A stretch of 32,000 nucleotides of DNA from Nitrososphaera viennensis EN76 (lineage in GTDB: Archaea > Thermoproteota > Nitrososphaeria > Nitrososphaerales > Nitrososphaeraceae): assembly GCF_000698785.1 (NCBI RefSeq), contig NZ_CP007536.1, positions 2,130,001-2,162,000 on the forward strand. The letters run 5' to 3'. The number at the start of each line of letters is the position of its first letter. Position 1 is the first letter of the stretch. The notes under the pieces are model-generated. The model did no database searches. It saw only the letters and a list, made by a program, of their open reading frames with translations, and had not been told where the DNA came from. Positions 1 to 8,926 of this stretch are shown piece after piece. Position numbers and translations under genes: made by a program.

Positions 1-116
1 AATTCCCTCTTTGTAAACTCGCTTGCAGGAAAGTTCAACATGCAGTCAAGAATCTTGATGTTGTGCGTATAACCAAAAGTCCTTGACAAGAGCGACAGGA
101 ATTCCATGTAGCTCAT
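1..116 (-). CDS. partial CDS, hypothetical (N-terminus only, continues past left edge)
   Basis: The reverse complement has an ATG at 116-114 and stays open to position 1: MSYMEFLSLLSRTFGYTHNIKILDCMLNFPASEFTKRE. It is absent from the ORF track because there is no stop in the window. Confidence 0.35.
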   Translation of the reverse strand, partial: MSYMEFLSLLSRTFGYTHNIKILDCMLNFPASEFTKRE

Positions 117-200
117 AACTGTACGTCGCCCAAGCGGTTTAAAGGAATTAATTCCAAGAATGATTGAAACGGTTAAAAGCACGTACCTGAAAGCATAGGC

Positions 201-338
201 GTGGCAGAAACAGAGACAAAGGAAGCTATTGAATGCCCGCGCTGTGGCTTTGAAATGAAGAACATGACAGCATGCCACATGATCTGTCCAAATTGCGGAA
301 GTCACCTCGACTGCAGCGACAAATCGTTTTACTGGTAA
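201..338 (+). CDS. small zinc-ribbon protein (45 aa, GTG start)
   Basis: GTG201 to TAA336-338 gives VAETETKEAIECPRCGFEMKNMTACHMICPNCGSHLDCSDKSFYW, with two CxxC pairs. An in-frame TAA lies at 174-176. It is below the 60-aa cut-off of the ORF track. Confidence 0.35.
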   Translation: MAETETKEAIECPRCGFEMKNMTACHMICPNCGSHLDCSDKSFYW

Positions 339-521
339 TTAGAAGGGATTTTTGTCCCAGTTCATCTGATAATCGTCGGCCATCGTCACGGCTTTGCCTT
401 TCATCAATTCAATATATTCGTCGTACGTAGCCGAGTAGCCGCAGAAGTCGCACCTGACGTTTGCCATGTCGTCATCGACCTGCGCCTTTTTTCCGCACTT
501 GGGGCACTTGGCTTCAAGCAC
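339..521 (-). CDS. small zinc-ribbon protein (60 aa)
   Basis: Track ORF with CPKC...CDFC, two CxxC pairs typical of a zinc ribbon. Confidence 0.55.
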   Translation of the reverse strand: MLEAKCPKCGKKAQVDDDMANVRCDFCGYSATYDEYIELMKGKAVTMADDYQMNWDKNPF

Positions 522-609
522 ACCCTGTCTTTGTGGCCGGCGAATATCTGTCTTGTGGATGCGTCATTTGGGGAGTAACGCCTTTTATTCCAAGTGCGGC
601 ATGAGGTAC

Positions 610-693
610 ATGGCAGTAATCCAGAAAATCGCCCCGTGCCTGTGGTTCGACGGGCAGGCAGAAGAGGCGGCCAAGTTCTACACGTCGATTGAA
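610..693 (+). pseudogene. N-terminal remnant of a PhnB/VOC-like (glyoxalase-fold) gene
   Basis: MAVIQKIAPCLWFDGQAEEAAKFYTSI matches, from memory, the conserved N-terminus of PhnB-like VOC proteins. The reading then degenerates into ERGTEGNERRR and stops. Confidence 0.5.
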
Positions 694-749
694 CGTGGGA
701 CGGAAGGGAACGAACGGCGAAGGACACCTGAAGGAAGGAGACAAGAGCG

Positions 750-1523
750 ATGACGCAGCACAGGACCGGGACACGTGAAGAGTGGCTCGCAGCGCGGCTC
801 GGGCTGCTCAAGGCGGAGAAGGAGCTCACGCGGCGCAGCGACGAGCTGGCGCAGCGGCGGCAGGAACTGCCGTGGGTTCGGGTCGACAAGGAGTATCGAT
901 TCGAGACCGACGAGGGGAGCGCCTCGCTGGCGGACCTCTTCCGAGGGCGCTCGCAGCTCCTCGTCTACCACTTCATGTTCGGGCCCGACTACACGGCGGG
1001 CTGCCCGTCCTGCTCGGCGATCGCGGACGGCTTCAACGGGTTCGCCGTGCACCTGGCCAACCACGACGTGATGCTCTGGGCGGTGTCGCGGGCGCCGCTT
1101 GCAAAGCTGCAGGCGTACAAGCGGCGGATGGGGTGGACGTTTCCCTGGGCGTCCTCGCTCGGCAGCGACTTCAACTTCGACTTCAACGTCTGGTTCACCG
1201 AGGAGCAACAGCGAGAGGGGGGCGTCGAATACAACTACCAGCGCGAGGAGGCGTGGCAGTGGCGCGAAGGTCAGGAGAGTGGCGACGAGGGGCCCGTCGC
1301 CCAGATCGCGGCCATGACCGGAACCGACGTGGCCACGTACATACGCGAAAGGCCGGGCATGAGCGCGTTTGCGCTTGAGGACGGCGTCGTCTACCACACC
1401 TATTCCACCTACGCGCGCGGACTGGACGGCCTCTGGGGCATGTACCAGTGGCTCGACCGCACACCCAAGGGGCGCAATGAGACGGGCATCTGGTGGCGCC
1501 GCCACGACGAGTACAAGGGTTGA
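750..1523 (+). CDS. DUF899 thioredoxin-like family protein
   Basis: 257 aa with an LLVYHFMFGPDYTAGCPSCS (CxxC) core and a coiled N-terminus, typical of DUF899. Third codon positions are almost all G/C, unlike the neighbouring genes. Confidence 0.8.
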   Translation: MTQHRTGTREEWLAARLGLLKAEKELTRRSDELAQRRQELPWVRVDKEYRFETDEGSASLADLFRGRSQLLVYHFMFGPDYTAGCPSCSAIADGFNGFAVHLANHDVMLWAVSRAPLAKLQAYKRRMGWTFPWASSLGSDFNFDFNVWFTEEQQREGGVEYNYQREEAWQWREGQESGDEGPVAQIAAMTGTDVATYIRERPGMSAFALEDGVVYHTYSTYARGLDGLWGMYQWLDRTPKGRNETGIWWRRHDEYKG

Positions 1524-1711
1524 GCTGTGTCGTGGCGCAACTGCGGGGCGGAGATCTCACGGCGCATGGCTTCCGATCGAGCCCCTCCAAGCAAGCATTT
1601 TTTTGGCATCTCGGCGCTGCTCTTCGCTGCCAGTGTGGCGGTAACGATCGTCTGGTGCACATCCTTGTCGGCGAGGGGCGAGATGCTGCAGAGTAACGTT
1701 CAAGCATATTA

Positions 1712-2197
1712 CTACTCGAAACAAATCTCTTCTCTGCCCTGTTCAAGATATGATACTATGCCATCGTTGATTTGAAAGCGATGCTCGCGCGTCCAGCTGG
1801 TCTTGTCCTGGTTGGTGTAGATAATGTCCCCGCCTGAGCAAAGAAGGGAAACCTGCAGAATCCTGTGCGACTTTTCGCCCGTTATCACCCACATGTAAAG
1901 ATAAGAATCGCTCCGGACGGCCGTGACATTGGAAGGGTCTATTGGTTTGCCTTCAAACGCGGATTTGCTTATCTCGTGTATGACGAGAATATCTGAACCC
2001 CGTTGAACTGAAGCGGTTGCGTTTGGGTACTTGGCAAGAAAGGCCTGCACTTCAGGCAGCTCTTTTGCTTTAACTATGAGCTCTTTATTCGAGATGAACG
2101 ACGCGCTATCTGAAAAGCTCTTGTATGCCATATACAAAGTGAAAACGATGCTTGCTGCAATGACGGGTATTAGCAGGCCGTAGCCCCATCTGTCCAA
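1712..2197 (-). CDS. membrane-anchored hypothetical protein (paralog of 17345..17773)
   Basis: It has an N-terminal TM helix (LLIPVIAASIVFTLYMAY). ELIVKAKELPEVQAFLAKYPNATASV and LLCSGGD align with the 17345..17773 product. Confidence 0.6.
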   Translation of the reverse strand: MDRWGYGLLIPVIAASIVFTLYMAYKSFSDSASFISNKELIVKAKELPEVQAFLAKYPNATASVQRGSDILVIHEISKSAFEGKPIDPSNVTAVRSDSYLYMWVITGEKSHRILQVSLLCSGGDIIYTNQDKTSWTREHRFQINDGIVSYLEQGREEICFE

Positions 2198-2335
2198 GGC
2201 TTGAAACTCCTACTTTCAATCATAAAAGTTAGCTGTACCCGCCTTTGACAGGCCACTATGAGAGTCGTTTGGGCAATACTTAGCTAAAGATGCTGCCACA
2301 TTGTGATACCATTATAAATTACAGACAACAATTCC

Positions 2336-2845
2336 ATGCCGTTGACCAAGATAGGCGACATGTACCGCAGAGTGCGGGGCCTGACCTCAGACAGGCCGTC
2401 CAACTTTGGCTGGGTGCTTGAGGGCAAGCTAGCCGGCTCTGGCATGCCTGTCACAAAAGCCGAGTTTGACTGGGCGTGCAGCCAGGGGATATCTGCAATA
2501 GTGACAGTGAGGGAAGGGCCGCTGCCGGAAGAATGGGTCAACGGGAGCGTCGACTATCTCCACCTAGAGGTGGATGACTTTGCCGCGCCCGAACTAGAAG
2601 ACATTGACCGCGCAGTCGAGTTTATCGACGGGCAGGTGGCAAAGGGCAAGCCGGTCATGGTCCACTGCGCGGCAGGAAAGGGCAGGACCGGCGTCATCCT
2701 GGCAGCATACCTGATAAAGAAAGAGGGGTTGAGCTCGCAAGAGTCGATAGACAGGATCCGCGCAATGCGCCCCGGCTCTATCCAATCGGATGTGCAGGAA
2801 TGGGCGATACAGATGTACGAAAAATACCTGAAAAGCAAAAAATGA
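2336..2845 (+). CDS. dual-specificity / tyrosine protein phosphatase
   Basis: Has the CX5R P-loop VHCAAGKGRTGV, with an upstream Asp in the DDF region. 169 aa. Confidence 0.85.
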   Translation: MPLTKIGDMYRRVRGLTSDRPSNFGWVLEGKLAGSGMPVTKAEFDWACSQGISAIVTVREGPLPEEWVNGSVDYLHLEVDDFAAPELEDIDRAVEFIDGQVAKGKPVMVHCAAGKGRTGVILAAYLIKKEGLSSQESIDRIRAMRPGSIQSDVQEWAIQMYEKYLKSKK

Positions 2846-2992
2846 TTATTCGGGCACCGAGTCTATCACAAGCTGCCCGTTCTGGATCTTGACAAACAGG
2901 TACCTGTTGTCCTTGAATATCAGCGTGATCTCGTTCTTGGTTTCCTCGACATCAAGTAGCTCCTGACCCTTTATCCCGTCATACTTGGCCAT
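2846..2992 (-). CDS. small hypothetical protein (48 aa)
   Basis: The reverse complement runs from ATG 2992-2990 to TAA 2848-2846: MAKYDGIKGQELLDVEETKNEITLIFKDNRYLFVKIQNGQLVIDSVPE. It fills an otherwise empty gap. Not in the ORF track (<60 aa). Confidence 0.3.
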   Translation of the reverse strand: MAKYDGIKGQELLDVEETKNEITLIFKDNRYLFVKIQNGQLVIDSVPE

Positions 2993-3050
2993 TTCGTTAT
3001 TCTAGACGAATGGGGGCATTAAAAGGTGTTTCCAACCGGCTCCCGGCATT

Positions 3051-3494
3051 TCACCGGGAAACAACCGCCGCCGGCAGAATGCTGACCTTTATCCTGTCAC
3101 CTTCGACCGTGACGCCGTACGTTTTCTGGTCGTACGTCTTGATGTACGACAGGATGTTGTAGGCATATTCAACATTCTTCTTCCAGGCGTCGGGGAGCCC
3201 ATCTGTCGGCGGCGCAGTTGTGTTTGCGTCCCTGACCTTTCTTCCAGTGGTGCAGTCAAACTGCGCTCCGTGGAAGGGGCACGTCACGACATTCCCGCTT
3301 ACCGTCCCCATTGAAAGCCGCGCGCTGCTGTGGCCGCACCTGTCGTCAAAAGCATAGTATTTCCCGCCAATGTTGGCGACCGCTATCTCCTTCCCCTCAA
3401 TCTCGACGTGCTTTATCTTTCCAGCTGGTATCTCTTGCACCCTTGCAACCTCGACTGATTTTCCCTGAAAGCCTTGCTCTTCTCCTTCTTTCAT
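3051..3494 (-). CDS. Rieske [2Fe-2S] domain protein (ferredoxin-type)
   Basis: Has a complete Rieske ligand set, CGH-x17-CPFH (RCGHSSARLSMGTVSGNVVTCPFHGAQFD). Confidence 0.85.
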   Translation of the reverse strand: MKEGEEQGFQGKSVEVARVQEIPAGKIKHVEIEGKEIAVANIGGKYYAFDDRCGHSSARLSMGTVSGNVVTCPFHGAQFDCTTGRKVRDANTTAPPTDGLPDAWKKNVEYAYNILSYIKTYDQKTYGVTVEGDRIKVSILPAAVVSR

Positions 3495-3561
3495 GCTGAC
3501 TTGTACTACTCAAGGCAAGGCTATATCGAGGACGTCCACAAAAATTCTCAAATAACACATT

Positions 3562-4125
3562 GTGGTACATTGTGTTCTTGCCATGAAAGCCAGACAACAA
3601 CAAAAGACCGTTACCCGGACAATCCGCCTGCCAGGCAGCCTTGACAGCGTCCTCCAAAAAGACGCAAAGGAAAAAAGGACGACCGTCAATTCGCTCATCT
3701 CCTCGATAATAACCAGGTACGCCGAGTGGGACAGGTACGCAGACGCGTTCGGGTTCATCTGCCTGCCAAGAAACGGCTTCAAGCTGATACTTGACGCGCT
3801 TGGCGACGAAACTGTCAGGCAAATAGCAGAGACAATCGGGTCCAGGCAGCCCCGCGAGCTCATGATGTTTGTCTTCAAGAAGACAACCCTTGACGCCTTT
3901 CTGTCCCAGATCTCGCTGTTCTCAAGGTACGCCGGGTTTGGGACGTACGAGATTGAAGCTGTCAGCGAGCGAGATTATACCATGGTGGTGCACCACGAGC
4001 TGGGAAGAAAGTGGTCCATCTATCTGGCCCACCTGGGGTCGCAGGGGCTAAAGAGCACCGTAAACGTCGCGCCCAAGGTCCACATAGCAGAGAACTCTGT
4101 CGTGTTCAAGTTTTCTGTCCCTTAG
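3562..4125 (+). CDS. ribbon-helix-helix (CopG/Arc-like) domain protein; start may be ATG 3583
   Basis: RTIRLPGSLDSVLQKDAKEKRTTVNSLISSIITRY looks like a beta-strand plus two helices of an RHH domain. The gene is divergent from the Rieske gene. Confidence 0.6.
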   Translation: MVHCVLAMKARQQQKTVTRTIRLPGSLDSVLQKDAKEKRTTVNSLISSIITRYAEWDRYADAFGFICLPRNGFKLILDALGDETVRQIAETIGSRQPRELMMFVFKKTTLDAFLSQISLFSRYAGFGTYEIEAVSERDYTMVVHHELGRKWSIYLAHLGSQGLKSTVNVAPKVHIAENSVVFKFSVP

Positions 4126-4135
4126 AAAAGCCTAG

Positions 4136-4489
4136 TTAGTCGACTATTTCCTGGTCGAGGCTGTCAAGGCACAGCGCGAGCAGCTCGTTGCTCCTCTTCA
4201 TGATATAGTCTGGAAACTGCTCGAACGTGAAAACGTATTGCTGCTGGAAGTTTGGCGGGATGAATCCTCCGTGCGTGATGACCTGCACGACTACATACTG
4301 CTCGTTCACGGTTGCGATCTCTTCCTCGGCAGACTGGTCCATCTCTTCTATGGTGTGCCTGTACAGCACCACCGGCTTGCCCGTCCTCGTGGCGATGATG
4401 GACGCCCTCCTCAGCCGGTCGCGCAGCCTTGCCGTGACCCAGCTATCAAGAGTGACCTGCTCGTTGGTCAATTGCAGATATCTGGGCAA
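4136..4489 (-). CDS. hypothetical protein
   Basis: 117-aa ORF with host-like composition and no motif I recognise. Confidence 0.5.
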   Translation of the reverse strand: MPRYLQLTNEQVTLDSWVTARLRDRLRRASIIATRTGKPVVLYRHTIEEMDQSAEEEIATVNEQYVVVQVITHGGFIPPNFQQQYVFTFEQFPDYIMKRSNELLALCLDSLDQEIVD

Positions 4490-4659
4490 AAATATCTAGA
4501 AAAGGCAGTATGGCAAGAAACATTGACCTGGTGGTAAACAATAATCCTTACTTGCCAGTACAACTTTAATTGTGCTACCCGCCCCCGATGACAGCAAAAA
4601 GCCGGTTGTCTGATATTACAGTATAGCAGCAAAAATGCGTACTATTTTGTGAAAAATGA

Positions 4660-7600
4660 TCATTCAACCGAAATCCGGAATTCGCGGCCGTCTATTTCCA
4701 CCTGCTTGTAGCTGACGTTGCCAAGAGGCTCTTTTGACAGCACGGCTGCCTTGACCCGTACGAGATACGTCATCTCCTCCTTCATAGCCGACAATGCCGC
4801 AGTCTCTTCTTCGTCGTCAAGGCCGGCGACGTACGCGGCCGCAAGAATGTCCGTCGGGTTGTACTGCCTTTCCTTGCGCAGCTGCTGGAGGTTCCGCGCC
4901 AGGTCGCGCAGCAGCCCCTTTGCAATCAGTTCCTTGTCGCGCTTTGTGGAAATGAAGACGACGAGGTTTCCGCGCTCTGACGACGAGTAGCCTTCCTGCG
5001 CCTTGTACGTGATGTCGACGTCTGCCGGCAGGATCTCTGTCGTTTTCTCATTATTGTATGCCAGCATAAACTTGCCAGACGATTTCAGCTCCTTAATGAC
5101 AGCGATCTTGTCAACGCCCTCAAACGCCTGCAGGACGGAATTGATGTCGGCCTTTACCCGGGGCGCCACGCTCTTTCTTACCAGCGAGATATTGACCGTG
5201 ACAGGCAGGTTGTTTTCAAGCAGGCTGGACACCTTTTCAAGCTGCGAGCCTGCGTTTATCTGGACCATCCTGTACTGCTCGGCGTTCAATTGCGACTTTA
5301 GCGACTCTGAAACACCCTCGACCTCCAGCGGTTTTAACTCTGTATGGGTGCCGCAGATGATCGCGTCGCGTATTGGCCAGCGCCTCTTCAGGCTGGCAAG
5401 GTTCCTTGCCGCGTTTGCCGTCGACACGACTTCCTTTATCATGTCAAAGGCGCCTTCCACCTTGGCGTTTGCCAGCCGCTCGTCGCGCACAGGCCACGTT
5501 TCGAGCAGCACGCTCTTCTTCTTTTTTTTCCTGCTGCCAGAGAAGCACGTGAGGTACATGTAGTCGCTGATGAACGGCGACAGCGGATGCAGCATGATGT
5601 CGATCTGCAAGAGCACGTGGCCCAGGGTCGCGTACACTGCAAGGCGCCTGTCGAGGTTCTCGGCGCTGTCGTCCCATATGACGTTCCTCGTTAATGGAAC
5701 ATAGGTCTGGCTCAGGTGGTTGATTATGAATTCGTCGATGGCCTTGGCGCCTTCGTGGAACCTGCAGCGCTCAAACGCATCAGTGACCTCGGTTATCAAC
5801 CCTTGCATCTTTGACAAAAGCCACACCTCCGTCGGCGCAAGGAGGTTGTTTTCAAGCGCCCACTCGACCGTGTGCTTTTCTCCGTCAAAGTGGTCAAACT
5901 CGCTGTTCTGCCTGAAATAGACGTGCAGGTTGTGGAGCGTGCTCAGTATCTGGTACGTCCTTGTCTTCATCTCGTCGAGGCTGAAGTTGAGCGCCTCGAT
6001 GGGCGACGACTTCCACATGAAATACAAGCGGATGAGGTCTACAGGGTTTTCCGACAAGAGCTTGCGGGCTTCAATCACGTTTCCAAGGCTCTTGCTCATC
6101 TTGTTGCCCTTTTCGTCAAGCACGTGGCCCTGGAACAGGAACGAGCGGTACGGGGCGACACCGTTCATGATGACGTTTTCCATCAAAAGCGTGTACGCCC
6201 AGCCCCTGGTCTGGTCGATGCCCTCCGTCAGAAACTCTGCCGGTATCAGGTCCCTGTATTCCTCGTCGGTCAGCGACGCATAGGGAGCGGCGCCGGAGTT
6301 GTGCCACGTGTCAAGCACGAACGGCTCGCGCTGCATTTCTGCTCCGCATTTTTCGCATTTTATCTTGATCCTGTCTATCCACGGCCGGTGCAGCTCAAAC
6401 TCGGCTCCGTCCGGCAATTCTGCCGCCTTTTTCACGATGTCTGCCCTTGAAAACAGCGGCTCTTTATGACCGCACTTGCCGCACGACCATATCGGGAGCG
6501 GGGTGCCCCAGACCCTCTCGCGGGATATGCACCAGGGGTGCTGCTCTCGGATGATCTCGACGAACCTGTTCTTTGGCTGCTCGAAAAAGTAGTCGACCTT
6601 TTGCGCGGCTTCTAATGGTTTCTGGCCAAGGTTGCTCAGGATGTAGAAATACTCGCGCCTTGCAAGCCACACCACCTTGTGGTGCGAGCGCCAGCACGTC
6701 GGGTACTGGTGCTTTATCTTGCCCATTTTCACGGACGCGCCTTTTGCCTTCATCGCCTCAAACACCTTCATGTCTGCGTCGCGCACAAACATGCCGCCAA
6801 ACGCGCCTGCTTTCTCCGTGAACACGACCCTGTCGTCTATCGGGAGAAATATCGGGACGTTGCGCCTGCTTGCAATGTCAAAGTCCTCCTCGCCGTTTGC
6901 CGGCGACAGGTGCACAAGCCCGCTTCCGGTGGCGGTGTCGACGAAGTCTTCGGCGACTACAAAGTGTATCGAGCCTGTCCTGGCAAGCTCGGCAAGGCCC
7001 GGTATCATGTCAAGCAGCGGGTGGACGTAGTGCCTGCCGTCAAGCTCGCTTCCCTTGAGCGTCCTTTCAACTTTGTAGTCTTCGATGCGCAGTTCCTTCA
7101 TCAGTTCTGCCAGCCTGTCAGAGCCGACAACCCAGCGCTCGCCCCCTTCGTTCGTGTCCTTTGCCACCCAGACGTACGAATAGTCCGCCTTGGGGTTTGT
7201 GCCGACCATCTCGTCCGTGACTATTGTAAAGGGCATCGTCGTCCAGACAATCAGAAAGGCGTCCTCGTCGGCAAGTTTCACCTTGTAGTAGAACGACGGG
7301 TCCTCCACGGTCTCGTAGCCCTGGTTCACCTCGGCGTTTGAAAGCGAAGTCTGGCACGACGGGCAGTACGCGACAACCCGGAACCATTCCTTCAGGACGC
7401 CCGTCTCCCACGCTTTTTTCAAGAACTGCCACTCGCGCTCTATGTACTCGTCCTTGAACGTCCAGTACGCCTTTTCATAGTTGAACGACATGCCGAGCAG
7501 CGCGTCCATCGCCCGCCACTTTTCATTATAAGTCTGTATGAGTTTCTTGCACGTCTCTACTATCTTTTCGATTCCTACCTTGCTGACGTTTTCTGCCTTG

Positions 7601-7908
7601 CTTCCTGTCAGACCAAGCTCCTTTTCTGCGGCAAGTTCGACTGGCAGGCCCTGCGTGTCCCACCCCGCGCGGAATATCACCTTGCTCTTGCGCAGAGTGT
7701 TAAAGCGGTACCACAAGTCCTTGATGACGCGCCCGCGCAGGTGCCCTGCGTGCGGCTCGCCGTTCATGGTGGGCGGGCCCTCTATGTAGCCGACAAGGGG
7801 CCTTCCGGCAAGCTCGTTTTCGAGCATCGCCCTGAGGTCGAGGCCGTCGAGATGAGTGCGAACCTCGTTTTCGATCGCCTTGGCGTCAAAACGAGTGTTA
7901 AATTCCAT
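4660..7908 (-). CDS. ileS: isoleucyl-tRNA synthetase
   Basis: 1082 aa with a HIGH-type motif (PHAGHLRG), KMSKS, a CxxC zinc motif and an editing-domain-sized insertion. Confidence 0.97.
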   Translation of the reverse strand: MEFNTRFDAKAIENEVRTHLDGLDLRAMLENELAGRPLVGYIEGPPTMNGEPHAGHLRGRVIKDLWYRFNTLRKSKVIFRAGWDTQGLPVELAAEKELGLTGSKAENVSKVGIEKIVETCKKLIQTYNEKWRAMDALLGMSFNYEKAYWTFKDEYIEREWQFLKKAWETGVLKEWFRVVAYCPSCQTSLSNAEVNQGYETVEDPSFYYKVKLADEDAFLIVWTTMPFTIVTDEMVGTNPKADYSYVWVAKDTNEGGERWVVGSDRLAELMKELRIEDYKVERTLKGSELDGRHYVHPLLDMIPGLAELARTGSIHFVVAEDFVDTATGSGLVHLSPANGEEDFDIASRRNVPIFLPIDDRVVFTEKAGAFGGMFVRDADMKVFEAMKAKGASVKMGKIKHQYPTCWRSHHKVVWLARREYFYILSNLGQKPLEAAQKVDYFFEQPKNRFVEIIREQHPWCISRERVWGTPLPIWSCGKCGHKEPLFSRADIVKKAAELPDGAEFELHRPWIDRIKIKCEKCGAEMQREPFVLDTWHNSGAAPYASLTDEEYRDLIPAEFLTEGIDQTRGWAYTLLMENVIMNGVAPYRSFLFQGHVLDEKGNKMSKSLGNVIEARKLLSENPVDLIRLYFMWKSSPIEALNFSLDEMKTRTYQILSTLHNLHVYFRQNSEFDHFDGEKHTVEWALENNLLAPTEVWLLSKMQGLITEVTDAFERCRFHEGAKAIDEFIINHLSQTYVPLTRNVIWDDSAENLDRRLAVYATLGHVLLQIDIMLHPLSPFISDYMYLTCFSGSRKKKKKSVLLETWPVRDERLANAKVEGAFDMIKEVVSTANAARNLASLKRRWPIRDAIICGTHTELKPLEVEGVSESLKSQLNAEQYRMVQINAGSQLEKVSSLLENNLPVTVNISLVRKSVAPRVKADINSVLQAFEGVDKIAVIKELKSSGKFMLAYNNEKTTEILPADVDITYKAQEGYSSSERGNLVVFISTKRDKELIAKGLLRDLARNLQQLRKERQYNPTDILAAAYVAGLDDEEETAALSAMKEEMTYLVRVKAAVLSKEPLGNVSYKQVEIDGREFRISVE

Positions 7909-7990
7909 GTGTATGTACGGAAGAGGCGGAGGGCGCGACCCGTTTATATCTTTAGTTCAGGAAAACAAAAAGAAGAGAAAGGGGCTGTCC

Positions 7991-8455
7991 TTATTCCTCT
8001 GAAAATAATGCGTTTAACAACCCTAGTATGACTATGCTGGCAAAGAAGCCGCCCACAATACCCGCAACACTAGTAGTTGTTTCCGGCTTCTTAATAGTGC
8101 CAAACATGCATGCAAGAGAGTGAAAATGTTTGCCATGAGGAATTCTGTATCTATCTAATAATTCTTTAACATAGTGATGACCCGGAGAACTATATTGCTG
8201 ATTAAGGTGTTCTAAATAATCTGTCCTCGGTTCTATCTCTGCTTCAATTCTTCCATTTGGCATGACCTTTATGTGAAACTGCATAGTGTTATCGAGATTT
8301 TTTGCTAATCCGAAAACCTGCCCGTGGTCTTCCTGCATTGGTACAAAGTATCCTTCGTTGAGAAGCTGTTGTCTAAGGCTAGCAATGTATCTTGTGTCGA
8401 TACTAAAGCAGTTGCAGTGGTACTGGTCTCCTTTTACTATAGTAATACCTTCCAT
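7991..8455 (-). CDS. hypothetical tail-anchored membrane protein
   Basis: 154 aa with a single C-terminal TM helix (VAGIVGGFFASIVILGLLNALF) ending in SEE. The gene is AT-rich. Confidence 0.55.
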   Translation of the reverse strand: MEGITIVKGDQYHCNCFSIDTRYIASLRQQLLNEGYFVPMQEDHGQVFGLAKNLDNTMQFHIKVMPNGRIEAEIEPRTDYLEHLNQQYSSPGHHYVKELLDRYRIPHGKHFHSLACMFGTIKKPETTTSVAGIVGGFFASIVILGLLNALFSEE

Positions 8456-8584
8456 GTCGCATTCATAGAAAGTTCTACTATATAAAGATTAGTATAAAAT
8501 GTTACTAGGCAATATACTAAATATTTAGTCCGCTCTTTCCAGCAACAAAATACTAATAGGTATCATTTTGAATTCCTGTATCGT

Positions 8585-8896
8585 TTGGTATCCGTTAGAA
8601 CTACTACTATAGGCGGCATTTCATACCTGCAAGTAGTACGTTATCTCAAGACTCCGGACGGAAAGACGAAGATCGATGTTGTCAAATCGTTTGGAAGAGA
8701 TACTTTGGAGAATAGGTTGAAAGCTGAACAATTTGCAGCTTCGTATGATAAGCTAGAAGAGTTTGCTTCGCAATTTAAACAACAACAAGGAAGAGAATCG
8801 AATGAGCTCCTTTCTGTTGCATTAGCAATATTCGGAGTAGTTCTTGGAGCTGCGATCGTATCTGCAATTATAGCTAACATATTTAGCGACGATTAA
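8585..8896 (+). CDS. hypothetical tail-anchored membrane protein (TTG start)
   Basis: 103 aa with a single C-terminal TM helix (LLSVALAIFGVVLGAAIVSAIIANIF) ending in SDD. It is AT-rich and divergent from 7991..8455. Confidence 0.45.
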   Translation: MVSVRTTTIGGISYLQVVRYLKTPDGKTKIDVVKSFGRDTLENRLKAEQFAASYDKLEEFASQFKQQQGRESNELLSVALAIFGVVLGAAIVSAIIANIFSDD

Positions 8897-8926
8897 GAAT
8901 GCTGTTTGAGATTGATACACGAGCTA

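Noticed and set aside
678-1505. 275-aa minus-strand ORF and several other 70-200-aa ORFs overlapping the DUF899 gene
   Set aside because: These are shadow ORFs expected in very GC-rich DNA. Their translations are Arg/Pro/Ala-rich low complexity, while the plus-strand frame carries clear DUF899 motifs.
1527-1775. 82-aa ORF after DUF899
   Set aside because: It has no motif, overlaps the 3' end of the convergent 1712..2197 gene and straddles the GC-content boundary. It is more likely residual transferred DNA.
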